Below are positions 33,156 through 42,292 of a DNA stretch of 64,000 nucleotides, piece after piece. The stretch comes from an uncultured bacterium (GTDB lineage: Bacteria > Bacteroidota > Bacteroidia > Bacteroidales > CAIWKO01): positions 280-64,279 of the forward strand of contig CAIOYH010000068.1 in the NCBI GenBank assembly GCA_903862465.1, written 5' to 3'. The notes under the pieces were generated by a model. That model worked only from the letters and a program-made list of their open reading frames with translations, ran no database searches and was not told where the DNA came from. Numbering within the stretch: the stretch's first letter is position 1; the number at the start of each line of letters is the position of its first letter. The position numbers were made by a program, and so were the translations under genes.

Positions 33156-34754
33156 TTATTTCGGTTTAGCATAGTTGATGCCCATCATATCAAGGATTGC
33201 CGTATGTTTTTTCAATCGGGTATAAAAATCGGCATAGTTCTTTTTACCGTCCGAAAGCCAAAGCACTTCGCTGAGGGCAATCAATCGAGGCATAGCCATA
33301 TATTCTACTTTTTTATACTCGCCGATATACTCCGTCCAAACATTTCCCTGTGCACCAAGTATGAATTTCTTCTGATCGGGAGTTAATGCTTCGGGTGTGG
33401 GATTGAATGAATACACTTTTTCAACCGTAGTGTTTCCGCCTATGGCGATGGGCTCTGTTGCCGGATTTCCTTGATAATGGTCTAGGTAGCAATATTCTCC
33501 CGGACACATCACGACATCGTGTTGAAGTTTCGCAGCGGCAATACCTCCATCCTTGCCTCGCCATGACATCACGACAGCATTAGGAGCCAAACCACCTTCT
33601 AATATTTCGTCCCAACCTATGATGATCTTCCCTTTGGAGTTTACAAACTTTTCGACGCTTCTCACCACATAGCTCTGCAATTCGTTTTCGTCTTTCAGTC
33701 CTTCGCGCTTCATCACCGCCTGACAATTTGGGCACACTTTCCAACGTGTTTTCGGACATTCATCGCCACCAATATGTATATATTTCCCCGGGAACAACTC
33801 CATCACTTCCGACAAAACATCTTTCAGGAAATTAAGAGTCTCGTCTTTCGTGCAATATACATCATCAAAAACACCCCATAATTTGGACACTTCAAAATTA
33901 CCACCTGTGCAAGATAATGCAGGGTAGGCAGCCAATGCTGCCATGCTATGCCCGGGCATTTCTATTTCTGGTACGACTAATATATGCCGGTCTGAAGCGT
34001 ATTTAACGATGTCGCGTATGTCTTCTTTGGTATAATATCCACCGTAACGTATGGTGTCGAATTTCTGATTGGTTGTGGTGTATTTGCCAATCAGTGTTCC
34101 TTTTCTGAAGCCACCCACCGTTGCCAATTTCGGATATTTATCTATCATGATGCGCCATCCTTGGTCATCGGTGAGATGCCAATGGAACACGTTCATTTTA
34201 TAAAAGGCAATCATATCAATATACTTTTTCACTTCGATAGTCGTGAAAAAATGGCGGCAAACATCTAAGTGCATGCCTCGCCATGAATATTTTGGATAAT
34301 CGTAAATGCTTACACAAGGAACATCAAGCGTTTCTGCCTTTGTTGCGGGAAGCATTTGCCGAAGCGATTGCAAAGCATAAAACACCCCGGCTCCTTTGCC
34401 TTCAATAAGAATAGAATCGGGAGTAACCTTCATACGGTAGGCATCGTCGGGCATGGTGATATCATGCACCTCGCAGATTTTTATTGCTTTTGCTTTAAGG
34501 GTTAAATCTTGGGATACTTCCAAGGATTTGCCGTAATATTTCGATAAGTATTGATTGAATATTTCCGCATCGCGTCCCGCAGTTTCTTTATTGTTTACAA
34601 TAATTATGGTTTTAGAGTTTAGTTTAAAGCTGCCTTTTTGTTGCGTCAATTCAACAGGTTTTGGCATGATGGCTATTTCTTGACTTTGGCTTTTAACGTT
34701 AGCCGAAATCAATAAGCTTAGGGAAAGCGCGAAAACAAACAAGTACTTTTTCAT
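33156..34754 (-). CDS. GH20 beta-N-acetylhexosaminidase
   Basis: Signal peptide. RGMHLDVCRHF, FHWHLTDDQGWR, HIGGDECPK. Confidence 0.9.
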   Translation of the reverse strand: MKKYLFVFALSLSLLISANVKSQSQEIAIMPKPVELTQQKGSFKLNSKTIIIVNNKETAGRDAEIFNQYLSKYYGKSLEVSQDLTLKAKAIKICEVHDITMPDDAYRMKVTPDSILIEGKGAGVFYALQSLRQMLPATKAETLDVPCVSIYDYPKYSWRGMHLDVCRHFFTTIEVKKYIDMIAFYKMNVFHWHLTDDQGWRIMIDKYPKLATVGGFRKGTLIGKYTTTNQKFDTIRYGGYYTKEDIRDIVKYASDRHILVVPEIEMPGHSMAALAAYPALSCTGGNFEVSKLWGVFDDVYCTKDETLNFLKDVLSEVMELFPGKYIHIGGDECPKTRWKVCPNCQAVMKREGLKDENELQSYVVRSVEKFVNSKGKIIIGWDEILEGGLAPNAVVMSWRGKDGGIAAAKLQHDVVMCPGEYCYLDHYQGNPATEPIAIGGNTTVEKVYSFNPTPEALTPDQKKFILGAQGNVWTEYIGEYKKVEYMAMPRLIALSEVLWLSDGKKNYADFYTRLKKHTAILDMMGINYAKPK

Positions 34755-34801
34755 TTTTTAGAATTAATTAGGGATGATTTTATGTTGTTAAAATATAAAC
34801 T

Positions 34802-35755
34802 TTAGACATTAGTTGCAATAGTATTCCAAATTAGAGATGCTGCGCCTAATATAGCCGCATCGTTTTCTTTTATACCCGAAGGGAGAATTTTAATTTTGTT
34901 TTTATAGATATTCAGAAGATTGTTTTCAAAGCTTTTTTTAATCGGTTCGAATAAAATATCTCCTGCGTTGGTAATTCCTCCAAAGATAAAAATGGCTTCG
35001 GGACTCGTGTAAGCAACACTATTTGCCAATGCCAACCCAAGAATAGTGCCTGTGTAATCATAAGTTTTTAATGCATTTGTATCCTGAGCTTTGGCTTTCT
35101 CAAAAATATAATACGGATTGATTTCCGCTTCGGGAATTTCGGGTGTTATACCTTCACTTTTTAGAAAATCAAGATAGGTTTTTATAATGCCTTTGGCAGA
35201 ACAATATGCTTCTAAACATCCTTTACGACCACATCCACAGACGCGTCCTTCGGGCACAATAATAGCATGTCCAAGTTCGCCCGCAAAGCCATCATGTCCA
35301 TACACCATGTTACCATTGACAACTATTCCGCTTCCTACGCCCGTACCTAATGTTATCAAAATAAAATCCTTCATGCCTTTTGCCTTGCCATAAATCATCT
35401 CGCCTATGGCTGCCGCATTGGCGTCGTTGGTTAATAATATCGGCAGATGAAAATAGGTTTTAAACATTTCCGTCAGATGCACTATTCCTTTCCATTTGAG
35501 GTTAGGGGCAAACTCTATGGTACCATTATAAAAGTTTCCGTTGGGAGCGCCTATGCCAATTCCTTTGATAAACGTGTCAGGAAGTTGGGTTAAGACCTCT
35601 TGAATCTTTTTCGACAGATGCTCAACAAATTCTTTGGGTTCGGGAAATAAGGAGGTTTCAAACGAAGTTTTCTGAATGCAATTCCCTTGCTGATCCACAA
35701 AGCCGAAAACGGTATTGGTGCCTCCAATATCAATACCTACAACATATTCTTTCAT
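34802..35755 (-). CDS. ROK-family sugar kinase (glucokinase / GlcNAc kinase-like)
   Basis: GIDIGGTN, GFAGELGH and the zinc motif CGCGRKGCLEAY. 4-nt overlap with the upstream transporter gene. Confidence 0.85.
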   Translation of the reverse strand: MKEYVVGIDIGGTNTVFGFVDQQGNCIQKTSFETSLFPEPKEFVEHLSKKIQEVLTQLPDTFIKGIGIGAPNGNFYNGTIEFAPNLKWKGIVHLTEMFKTYFHLPILLTNDANAAAIGEMIYGKAKGMKDFILITLGTGVGSGIVVNGNMVYGHDGFAGELGHAIIVPEGRVCGCGRKGCLEAYCSAKGIIKTYLDFLKSEGITPEIPEAEINPYYIFEKAKAQDTNALKTYDYTGTILGLALANSVAYTSPEAIFIFGGITNAGDILFEPIKKSFENNLLNIYKNKIKILPSGIKENDAAILGAASLIWNTIATNV

Positions 35756-37140
35756 AGGGTGGTTTTTAATTTATAGCCTTTAAGTCCATAAAATACGAGA
35801 TAAATATACGAAAACAATGGTACGGCAAAAGCCGCCTGTACGCCAAATGTATCTGCAAACATTCCCTGTAAAGGAGGTAATAATGCGCCGCCCAAAATCA
35901 TCATCACCAACAAGGAAGAGGCTTGCGAGGTGAAGCGACCTAATCCGTCAATAGCCAAGGTGAAAATATTCGACCACATGATGGAATTGAATAAGCCTAT
36001 TGCCAACATGCACCACATGGATACCATGCCGCTAGTGAAAATTGCCGTGAGTAAAAGTAAAAACGCCAAGACCGAGAAATACGCGAGGGTTCGTGAGGCA
36101 ATGGAGCGTCCGAGCATAAACATAAAGTAGTTGATGACGATAAAGATTAAATAGTACCAAACTTTGTCGAATGTTAGCCCTTTCATATACCATGTTACAA
36201 CAAAAATCAACAAAAAAGTCAACACCGCCATTAGGAGCATTAATAGATACTTGGATGTCTTTTTCATGGCACTCAAGGAAATGGCTCCTAGGAATCTGCC
36301 AATCATGGCACCGCCCCAATAGTAGGCAAGGTAGTTGCTCGCTTCCGAATCTGTGAAGCCAACTATTTGTGGAAGTTTAAGGAAGGATACCAAATTGCTG
36401 CCAATGGCAACTTCGGCACCGACATAAAAAAAGATTGCCAACATGCCAAACACCAAATTGGGATGTTTCAAGGCTCCTGCTTTTGTTTCGATATGTTCGG
36501 TGCTTTTGAACACAGGAAGCTTAGAAAACCATATAAACACCATCAATAAAATTAATACAATACCAATAATCAAATACGGAATTTTCACCGATTGCGCTCC
36601 ACTATTTGAATTCGTTGCAAAATATTCGAAGATAAAAAACCCTCCTAACACAGGCGCTATGGTGGTGCCCAAGGAATTAAATGCCTGCGAAAGATTCAAG
36701 CGACTCGATGCCGTTTCGGGCGAACCTAAGATGGCGACATAGGGATTTGCTGCTATTTGTAATATAGTAAACCCGATGCCTAACAAAAATAAAGCACCAA
36801 GAAATACACCAAAAGAATGAAAGGTGTTTGCCGCAGGATAGAACAAAAAACATGCTATTGCTGAAATAAATAAACCTATGAGGATACCGTTTTTATATCC
36901 TATTTTATTGATGGGGTCGCCTAAAGTCAAAGATAGAATGAAGTAAATGAGCGAGCCGATGAAATAGGCACCAAAAAATGCAAACTGTACCAAGTTCGCC
37001 TGAAAGTGAGTGAGTTCGAACACTCCTTTCAGATAGGGAATTAAAATATCGTTTAAAACAGTGATAAATCCCCACATGAAAAACAAGGTGGTCAGGGTGA
37101 TTAGCGGATAGGTGTAATTTGTCTTATTGGTTTGTTGCAT
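35752..37140 (-). CDS. MFS sugar transporter (FucP/GluP-like)
   Basis: 462 aa, ~12 TM helices. The N-terminus ..LFFMWGFITVLNDILIPYLKGVFELT is typical of glucose/galactose-fucose permeases. A TATATTTG box on the minus strand lies at 37155-37162. Confidence 0.8.
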   Translation of the reverse strand: MQQTNKTNYTYPLITLTTLFFMWGFITVLNDILIPYLKGVFELTHFQANLVQFAFFGAYFIGSLIYFILSLTLGDPINKIGYKNGILIGLFISAIACFLFYPAANTFHSFGVFLGALFLLGIGFTILQIAANPYVAILGSPETASSRLNLSQAFNSLGTTIAPVLGGFFIFEYFATNSNSGAQSVKIPYLIIGIVLILLMVFIWFSKLPVFKSTEHIETKAGALKHPNLVFGMLAIFFYVGAEVAIGSNLVSFLKLPQIVGFTDSEASNYLAYYWGGAMIGRFLGAISLSAMKKTSKYLLMLLMAVLTFLLIFVVTWYMKGLTFDKVWYYLIFIVINYFMFMLGRSIASRTLAYFSVLAFLLLLTAIFTSGMVSMWCMLAIGLFNSIMWSNIFTLAIDGLGRFTSQASSLLVMMILGGALLPPLQGMFADTFGVQAAFAVPLFSYIYLVFYGLKGYKLKTTL

Positions 37141-37310
37141 AATGAAAAATTTTTCAAATATAAAAAGAATCTAAATTGTGTCACCAATAATTTTTGTATA
37201 ATTAAAAAATTATTTTTTCCTTACAGGAACAAATAACTGATATTGAGTTGTTTTATCAATAAGCAACTAAATTAATTTAATTTAATTTCTTAATATTAAA
37301 AACAGTTTTA

Positions 37311-37318
37311 TATTTTTG
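37311..37318 (+). promoter_or_regulatory. -7 box TATTTTTG upstream of pgk
   Basis: Matches TAnnTTTG, 24 nt upstream of the ATG at 37342. Confidence 0.45.
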
Positions 37319-37341
37319 TAGAAATTTTTAATCGAGAAATC

Positions 37342-38556
37342 ATGCCAAAACTTAACGAAAACTTTAGAACCATTGACAATGTTAACTTTAAAGATAAGAA
37401 AGTGTTGATTCGGGTTGACTTCAATGTTCCACTCGATCAAAACCGACAGATTTCAGATGATACGCGTATCAGAGAATCTATTCCCACCATTCAAAAAGTG
37501 CTGAATGCGGGCGGAACCGTTATTTTGATGTCGCATTTGGGACGTCCAAAAGGCGGTTATGAACAGGATTATTCCTTGACGCCCATCGTGCCCCGCTTAT
37601 CCAAATTGTTAGGTCGGAATATTATTTTTACACGTGATTTGTTTGGTCAGAAGACTTTTGATGTATGCAATAATTTGAAAACAGGCGATGTTGTTCTGCT
37701 CGAAAATCTGAGATTTTATCCCGAAGAAGAAAAAGGCGACAAGAAATTTGCGAAACAATTGGCTTCTTTGGGCGATATTTATATCAATGACGCCTTTGCG
37801 ACAGCACATCGTAAGCATGCTTCAACGGCAACTATTGCGGAGTTTTTTCCGGGCAACAAATATTTTGGATTGCTGTTGGCTAGTGAGTTGCGGAATTTGA
37901 ATAAAATACTGCACGAAGCCAAACCACCTTTCACGGCTATCATTGGCGGTGCCAAGGTGTCAACAAAATTATCCATAATTCGGAATTTGATCAGCAAGGT
38001 GGACAATTTGATTATTGGGGGCGGTATGGCTTTCACGTTTATCAAAGCTTTTGGTGGCGAAGTTGGTGGCTCTTTGGTTGAAACCGACCGCATACAGGAT
38101 GTGAAAGATATGGTGCAGGAAATGATGCTAAAAGGCGTGAATTTATATATCCCCACGGATGCCATCATCGCCGATGGGTTTTCGGATGAGGCGAATTTTA
38201 AGGAAAGTCAGGCGGACGATATCAACACCGATTGGATGGGCTTAGATATTGGCAAAAAGACCTGTCGTAGGTTTGCCGAAATTATCAACAAATCGGAAAC
38301 GATATTGTGGAACGGTCCGATGGGTGTGTTTGAGTTGCCCAATTTTAAACAAGGCACCAAGGCTATAGCTATTGCCGTGGCTAGTGCTACGATAAGCGGC
38401 TCGTTTTCGTTGGTGGGCGGTGGCGATTCGGTGGCGGCGATTAATATGTATAATCTTGCCGACCAAATCAGCTATGTTTCTACCGGGGGCGGTGCGATGC
38501 TCGAATATATTGAAGGCAGAGAATTGCCGGGCGTTGCAGCGATTATGAACGACTGA
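37342..38556 (+). CDS. pgk: phosphoglycerate kinase
   Basis: VLIRVDFNVPLD, MSHLGRPKG, GGAKVSTK, STGGGAMLEYIEG. Confidence 0.95.
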   Translation: MPKLNENFRTIDNVNFKDKKVLIRVDFNVPLDQNRQISDDTRIRESIPTIQKVLNAGGTVILMSHLGRPKGGYEQDYSLTPIVPRLSKLLGRNIIFTRDLFGQKTFDVCNNLKTGDVVLLENLRFYPEEEKGDKKFAKQLASLGDIYINDAFATAHRKHASTATIAEFFPGNKYFGLLLASELRNLNKILHEAKPPFTAIIGGAKVSTKLSIIRNLISKVDNLIIGGGMAFTFIKAFGGEVGGSLVETDRIQDVKDMVQEMMLKGVNLYIPTDAIIADGFSDEANFKESQADDINTDWMGLDIGKKTCRRFAEIINKSETILWNGPMGVFELPNFKQGTKAIAIAVASATISGSFSLVGGGDSVAAINMYNLADQISYVSTGGGAMLEYIEGRELPGVAAIMND

Positions 38557-38576
38557 TGGTTGGGGTAAAGTTTCTT

Positions 38577-38930
38577 TTACTCATTTTGTTTGAGTTGCTT
38601 GAGTTGGGTGGCTAGTATTTCGTTTGTTTGATTTTGAAGACGTAAATGCACTTTTAGGAGTTTATTTTCCTGTTGTAAATCTTTAATTTGTTTTGTTAGT
38701 TTGATTTTTTCTGCTTTGGTGAGCGGGTTGGTATCATCATAATAGTATTGAAAAAAATTATGATCTAACTCTTGGGAGATGCTTTGCAGCATTTTAAGGG
38801 AGATGTCGGGTTGGAATAAAAGTCTATACATGCCGGAACGGCTAAATCCTAATTTTTGGGCTAAGGTGGGGACAGAAATGTGCTTTTGATAGCTTATCTC
38901 CTTGATTTTTTGTCTAATATCTGTTATCAT
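38577..38930 (-). CDS. small HTH-domain protein with C-terminal coiled coil
   Basis: ISVPTLAQKLGFSRSGMYRLL (HTH-like), then KIKLTKQIKDLQQENKLLKVHLRLQNQ. Confidence 0.55.
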   Translation of the reverse strand: MITDIRQKIKEISYQKHISVPTLAQKLGFSRSGMYRLLFQPDISLKMLQSISQELDHNFFQYYYDDTNPLTKAEKIKLTKQIKDLQQENKLLKVHLRLQNQTNEILATQLKQLKQNE

Positions 38931-39004
38931 ATCGTTTTAATTTATCTGCAAAAATACAAATTTTTCGTTCATATTTATAAAAAATCTTTTTGGATTGGAC
39001 GAAT

Positions 39005-39180
39005 GGTGCTAAATACTATATAAATGGTACTTATATATAGACAATAGTACGTTGGAAAAGGAGAAAAGGTACTTGGAAAAGGATATATGTTGCTTGGAAG
39101 AGGACATGTGTCTATTAAATGAGGACATGCAAGCATTGAAATGAAGGACGTGACGGTTGGGATGGATGAAAGAGAAAAGA
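39005..39180. repeat. degenerate 21-22-bp tandem array 3 (~8 units)
   Basis: ggtgctaaatactatataaat / ggtacttatatatagacaata / gtacgttggaaaaggagaaaag / gtacttggaaaaggatatatgt / tgcttggaagaggacatgtgtc / tattaaatgaggacatgcaag / cattgaaatgaaggacgtgac / ggttgggatggatgaaagaga. It lies 75-250 nt upstream of the HTH gene start. Confidence 0.6.
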
Positions 39181-39396
39181 GATTGGGGATTTATCATCCT
39201 TACGTTTTAGAAAATGTTTTACAGGGATATTGCGTGTACTCACGGATTTTTTTATCCTAAAAGTATCGGGAGAAAATCGTATCAGGTTTGAATAATTTTC
39301 TCGTAAATAAAAAAATATTAAAAAAAAACTTGCTAGTATGTTTTTTTGTATTACTTTTGCACCGGGTTTATACTTATAGATGAATAATGAAAAAAA

Positions 39397-39428
39397 GGCT
39401 TGCACTTCTGTGCGAGTCTTTTTTTTTG
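39397..39428. terminator. bidirectional intrinsic terminator
   Basis: GGCTTGCAC-ttct-GTGCGAGTC (8 of 9 pairs) flanked by A7 and T10. It lies ~110 nt downstream of the minus-strand gene ending at 39536. Confidence 0.6.
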
Positions 39429-39535
39429 CTTGTAACTTTAGATGCTTGGGGGGCGGATTGTCTGAAAACCCTAAGCAATTCCTATTCAAAAAGTGCCTTC
39501 ATTTTCTTTTTCCCTCCTAGCCACCTCCTTATAAA

Positions 39536-39994
39536 TTAAGCGACTGTTCTATTTTTTTCTGCGCTGTAGAGCTTAATGCCTATGATGATTTGTGGAATCA
39601 GAAAGGCTGAGAACGAAACGATGATTCCAAGAAGCACAAAGACCAAGCGTATAATAGGAGAAGTGTTTGTAACAGGCTGATCTGTGATGGCTACATTTGT
39701 GGTACTTATGGTATAACATATTAACCATACTATGGATAAAACACTAAGAATTATATGTGTTTTGAGTTTGGGGATGGTGAGTTTTTTAAAATAGATTCCG
39801 AAAAACAAGAAAGCAAACCCCAAAACCATCAATATCGGCATATAAATAAACCAAACAGTTTCAGCATGCATATCTGTCCCCATAAGTTTCATGAAGAGCA
39901 AAGAAAAGAAAAAGACACCCGCATAAAATGCTTTCACGCCCCCATAAATTATCAAAATGACGCGGGCAATCTTTTCGTTTTTAGTCATATTCAT
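39536..39994 (-). CDS. hypothetical integral membrane protein (4 TM)
   Basis: 152 aa, strongly hydrophobic helices, no family recognised. Confidence 0.55.
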   Translation of the reverse strand: MNMTKNEKIARVILIIYGGVKAFYAGVFFFSLLFMKLMGTDMHAETVWFIYMPILMVLGFAFLFFGIYFKKLTIPKLKTHIILSVLSIVWLICYTISTTNVAITDQPVTNTSPIIRLVFVLLGIIVSFSAFLIPQIIIGIKLYSAEKNRTVA

Positions 39995-40022
39995 TTGCTA
40001 CCACATAGGTAACTACCGAACT

Positions 40023-40541
40023 TTATTCAGTAGGCTTAACAGCCAACTCCTCTATATACATGGTATTTCCTTTGGGCGACCACACATAAACTGAAAGGGT
40101 TTCTTCGCCCGAATAGGTTTTTTTGAAATCAAAAATCTTTTCCACTTCAGCCCATTTTTTCAAGGCGTTCTTGCTGTTGAGTTGCATGGCTTCCCAATAC
40201 AGCACGCTATCTTTTCTCGAAATGGTGCACACCACCGAAGCATCGCCGAGTTTCGGGAAATAGTATTTGGTTTTAACCGATACACCACTCGCTTTGCCAT
40301 GATATAGTTGTCTGATTTGCGACACCAACCCAAAGCTGTATTGATTCACGGTATCCACCTTGCTCATGATTTTCGAACTGATTTTTTGATCGGTCATGAT
40401 GGTATGAAAATTCATAAAATGATTCAAATCAGAAAACTTGAAAACAGTTGGCGTTTCATCCACTTTTGTTTTGTTGTCTTCGGAAGGAACACAAGCACCA
40501 AGCATAAAGCTCATTGCTAATAAGAATAAGATTTTTTTCAT
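40023..40541 (-). CDS. hypothetical lipoprotein
   Basis: The ATG at 40541 gives MKKILFLLAMSFMLGAC (lipobox). The track start at 40568 is TTG. Confidence 0.6.
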   Translation of the reverse strand: MKKILFLLAMSFMLGACVPSEDNKTKVDETPTVFKFSDLNHFMNFHTIMTDQKISSKIMSKVDTVNQYSFGLVSQIRQLYHGKASGVSVKTKYYFPKLGDASVVCTISRKDSVLYWEAMQLNSKNALKKWAEVEKIFDFKKTYSGEETLSVYVWSPKGNTMYIEELAVKPTE

Positions 40542-40679
40542 AATGTTGCTGTTTAAATATTTTTGCAAAAGTAAAAATAAAAAAAAACTTTTACGCTACT
40601 TTAATAATAAATTGTAATTTTGGGCATTAATAGGTAAAACTAAAATCAATAAAAAACATCCAAGCATCCTAAAAAATCA

Positions 40680-42059
40680 ATGATTAAACAACTCAGCATC
40701 TCCAAACTCGTAATCGTATTTATCATGTTGATGGTTCTTTATATGATAAAGAATTATAACAGCTTGAACGGGTCGAGAGGCATCATTGATAATGATGTGG
40801 TTCAATATTACAGCTATTTGCCTGCAGCGCTTATCTATCACGATGTGTCGTTAAAATTCACCGAAAACTATCATGGTCCCCACAAATTTGAGTTTTGGCC
40901 TTCGATGGCACCTAATGGTGGCTTGGTGATAAAAGTTACGATGGGCATGTCGTTTATGTATCTACCCTTTTTCTATGCCGGGCATTGGTATGCGTATTTG
41001 TTTGGTTATGACACGGGCGGCTATTCCAAGCCATATCAGATTGCGCTGTTGCTCAGTTCACTTTTTTATTTAATCGTGGGTTTGCATTTCCTAAGAAAAG
41101 TTCTTGAGAAATATTTCGACACATTTATAGTTGCTTTTGTATTGTTGCTACTCGTTTTTGGCACCAATATGTTTATATTCGCTACCATTAATGGCGCCAT
41201 GACGCATGTGTATTCCTTTAGTTTGTTGTGTGTATTTATCTATTACACCATCAAATGGTACGAACGGCAGTCTTTCCGACATTCATTGATTTTAGGCTTG
41301 GTTTTGGGCTTAATCACCATCGTTCGCCCCAACAATATTGTTATGGGCTTGATTTTTGTATTTTATGGAATCACTTCCTTTAAAGACATTGGAGCTCGAT
41401 TTCGATTGTTTTTTAAGAACTATTATTGGATAGCTTTAATGATATTTTGTGTCGCACTGTTATGCTTGCCACAATTTATCTATTGGAAAATGGTGACAGG
41501 CAATTGGTTTTATTATTCCTACGGCGATGAGCATTTTTATTTCAACCGACCACAATTCATCAACGGTTTATTTAGTTTTCGCAAGGGATGGTATGTGTAT
41601 GCGCCCATCATGATGTTTGCCACTATCGGCATTTTTATGTGTTACAAACATTTGAAATCTTTTTTTGTTCCGATACTTCTTTTTATGGTCATTAATCTAT
41701 GGATTATCTTTTCGTGGTGGTGTTGGTGGTATGGAGGATGCTATGGGCAACGGACTTTGATAGATATGTATGGGCTGATGGCAATTGGATTGGGGGTGTT
41801 TTTAGCTTTTATATGGAAACAAAAAATGTGGATTCGTTATCCTGTAGTGATACTCTTGCTCCTATTAACCTTTTTAAATTCATTTAATTCTATACAATAT
41901 AAATGTGGAGCTTTGCACTATGATTCGATGACAAAAGCCGCTTACTTTGAAAACTTCGGGCACATGGAGCCGCATGGGAAGTATTATGATTTACTGCAAA
42001 TCCCCGATTATGCCAACGCCATGAAAGGACTCCCCGAAACAACAAACACGACAAAATGA
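40680..42059 (+). CDS. polytopic membrane protein, possibly a GT-C (ArnT/PMT-like) glycosyltransferase
   Basis: 459 aa, more than 10 TM helices, acidic/aromatic first loop (IIDNDVVQYYSYLPAALIYHD). The assignment is tentative. Confidence 0.4.
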   Translation: MIKQLSISKLVIVFIMLMVLYMIKNYNSLNGSRGIIDNDVVQYYSYLPAALIYHDVSLKFTENYHGPHKFEFWPSMAPNGGLVIKVTMGMSFMYLPFFYAGHWYAYLFGYDTGGYSKPYQIALLLSSLFYLIVGLHFLRKVLEKYFDTFIVAFVLLLLVFGTNMFIFATINGAMTHVYSFSLLCVFIYYTIKWYERQSFRHSLILGLVLGLITIVRPNNIVMGLIFVFYGITSFKDIGARFRLFFKNYYWIALMIFCVALLCLPQFIYWKMVTGNWFYYSYGDEHFYFNRPQFINGLFSFRKGWYVYAPIMMFATIGIFMCYKHLKSFFVPILLFMVINLWIIFSWWCWWYGGCYGQRTLIDMYGLMAIGLGVFLAFIWKQKMWIRYPVVILLLLLTFLNSFNSIQYKCGALHYDSMTKAAYFENFGHMEPHGKYYDLLQIPDYANAMKGLPETTNTTK

Positions 42060-42286
42060 AAAGAGTAGCAAAATATCTTGATAGCATATCCACCATGGCG
42101 GCATTTGAAAAACATGCGATTATTAGTCTCATGTTTTGTTTTGCCTTGTTCGCCGTCAATAAGCTTGCCGATTATTTACAACATTGGTATATGTCCTATG
42201 TGTATATATTCGCCACGTTATTGGGGCTTCATCTTTTGCTTGTGATTGCAAAACGTTTGGGGATAAAGATTTTTAGAAACCAATAA
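42056..42286 (+). CDS. small 2-TM membrane protein, translationally coupled to the preceding gene
   Basis: ATGA start/stop overlap at 42056-42059. 76 aa with two hydrophobic helices. Confidence 0.5.
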   Translation: MKRVAKYLDSISTMAAFEKHAIISLMFCFALFAVNKLADYLQHWYMSYVYIFATLLGLHLLLVIAKRLGIKIFRNQ

Positions 42287-42292
42287 TGCGTA

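Noticed and set aside
27665-37140. Calling the glycoside-hydrolase block a canonical PUL
   Set aside because: No SusC/SusD-like pair or hybrid two-component/ECF regulator lies within or adjacent to the block in this window.
39352-39430. Possible ~70-nt small RNA (TACTTTTG box followed by a terminator) or 47-aa ORF MNNEKKACTS..
   Set aside because: The hairpin is more simply the terminator of the minus-strand gene ending at 39536. The ORF passes through the hairpin and T-run. There is not enough evidence for an independent transcript.
39115-39489. 124-aa minus-strand ORF
   Set aside because: It runs through a bidirectional terminator hairpin and homopolymer A/T runs. The composition is low-complexity and no start context is visible.
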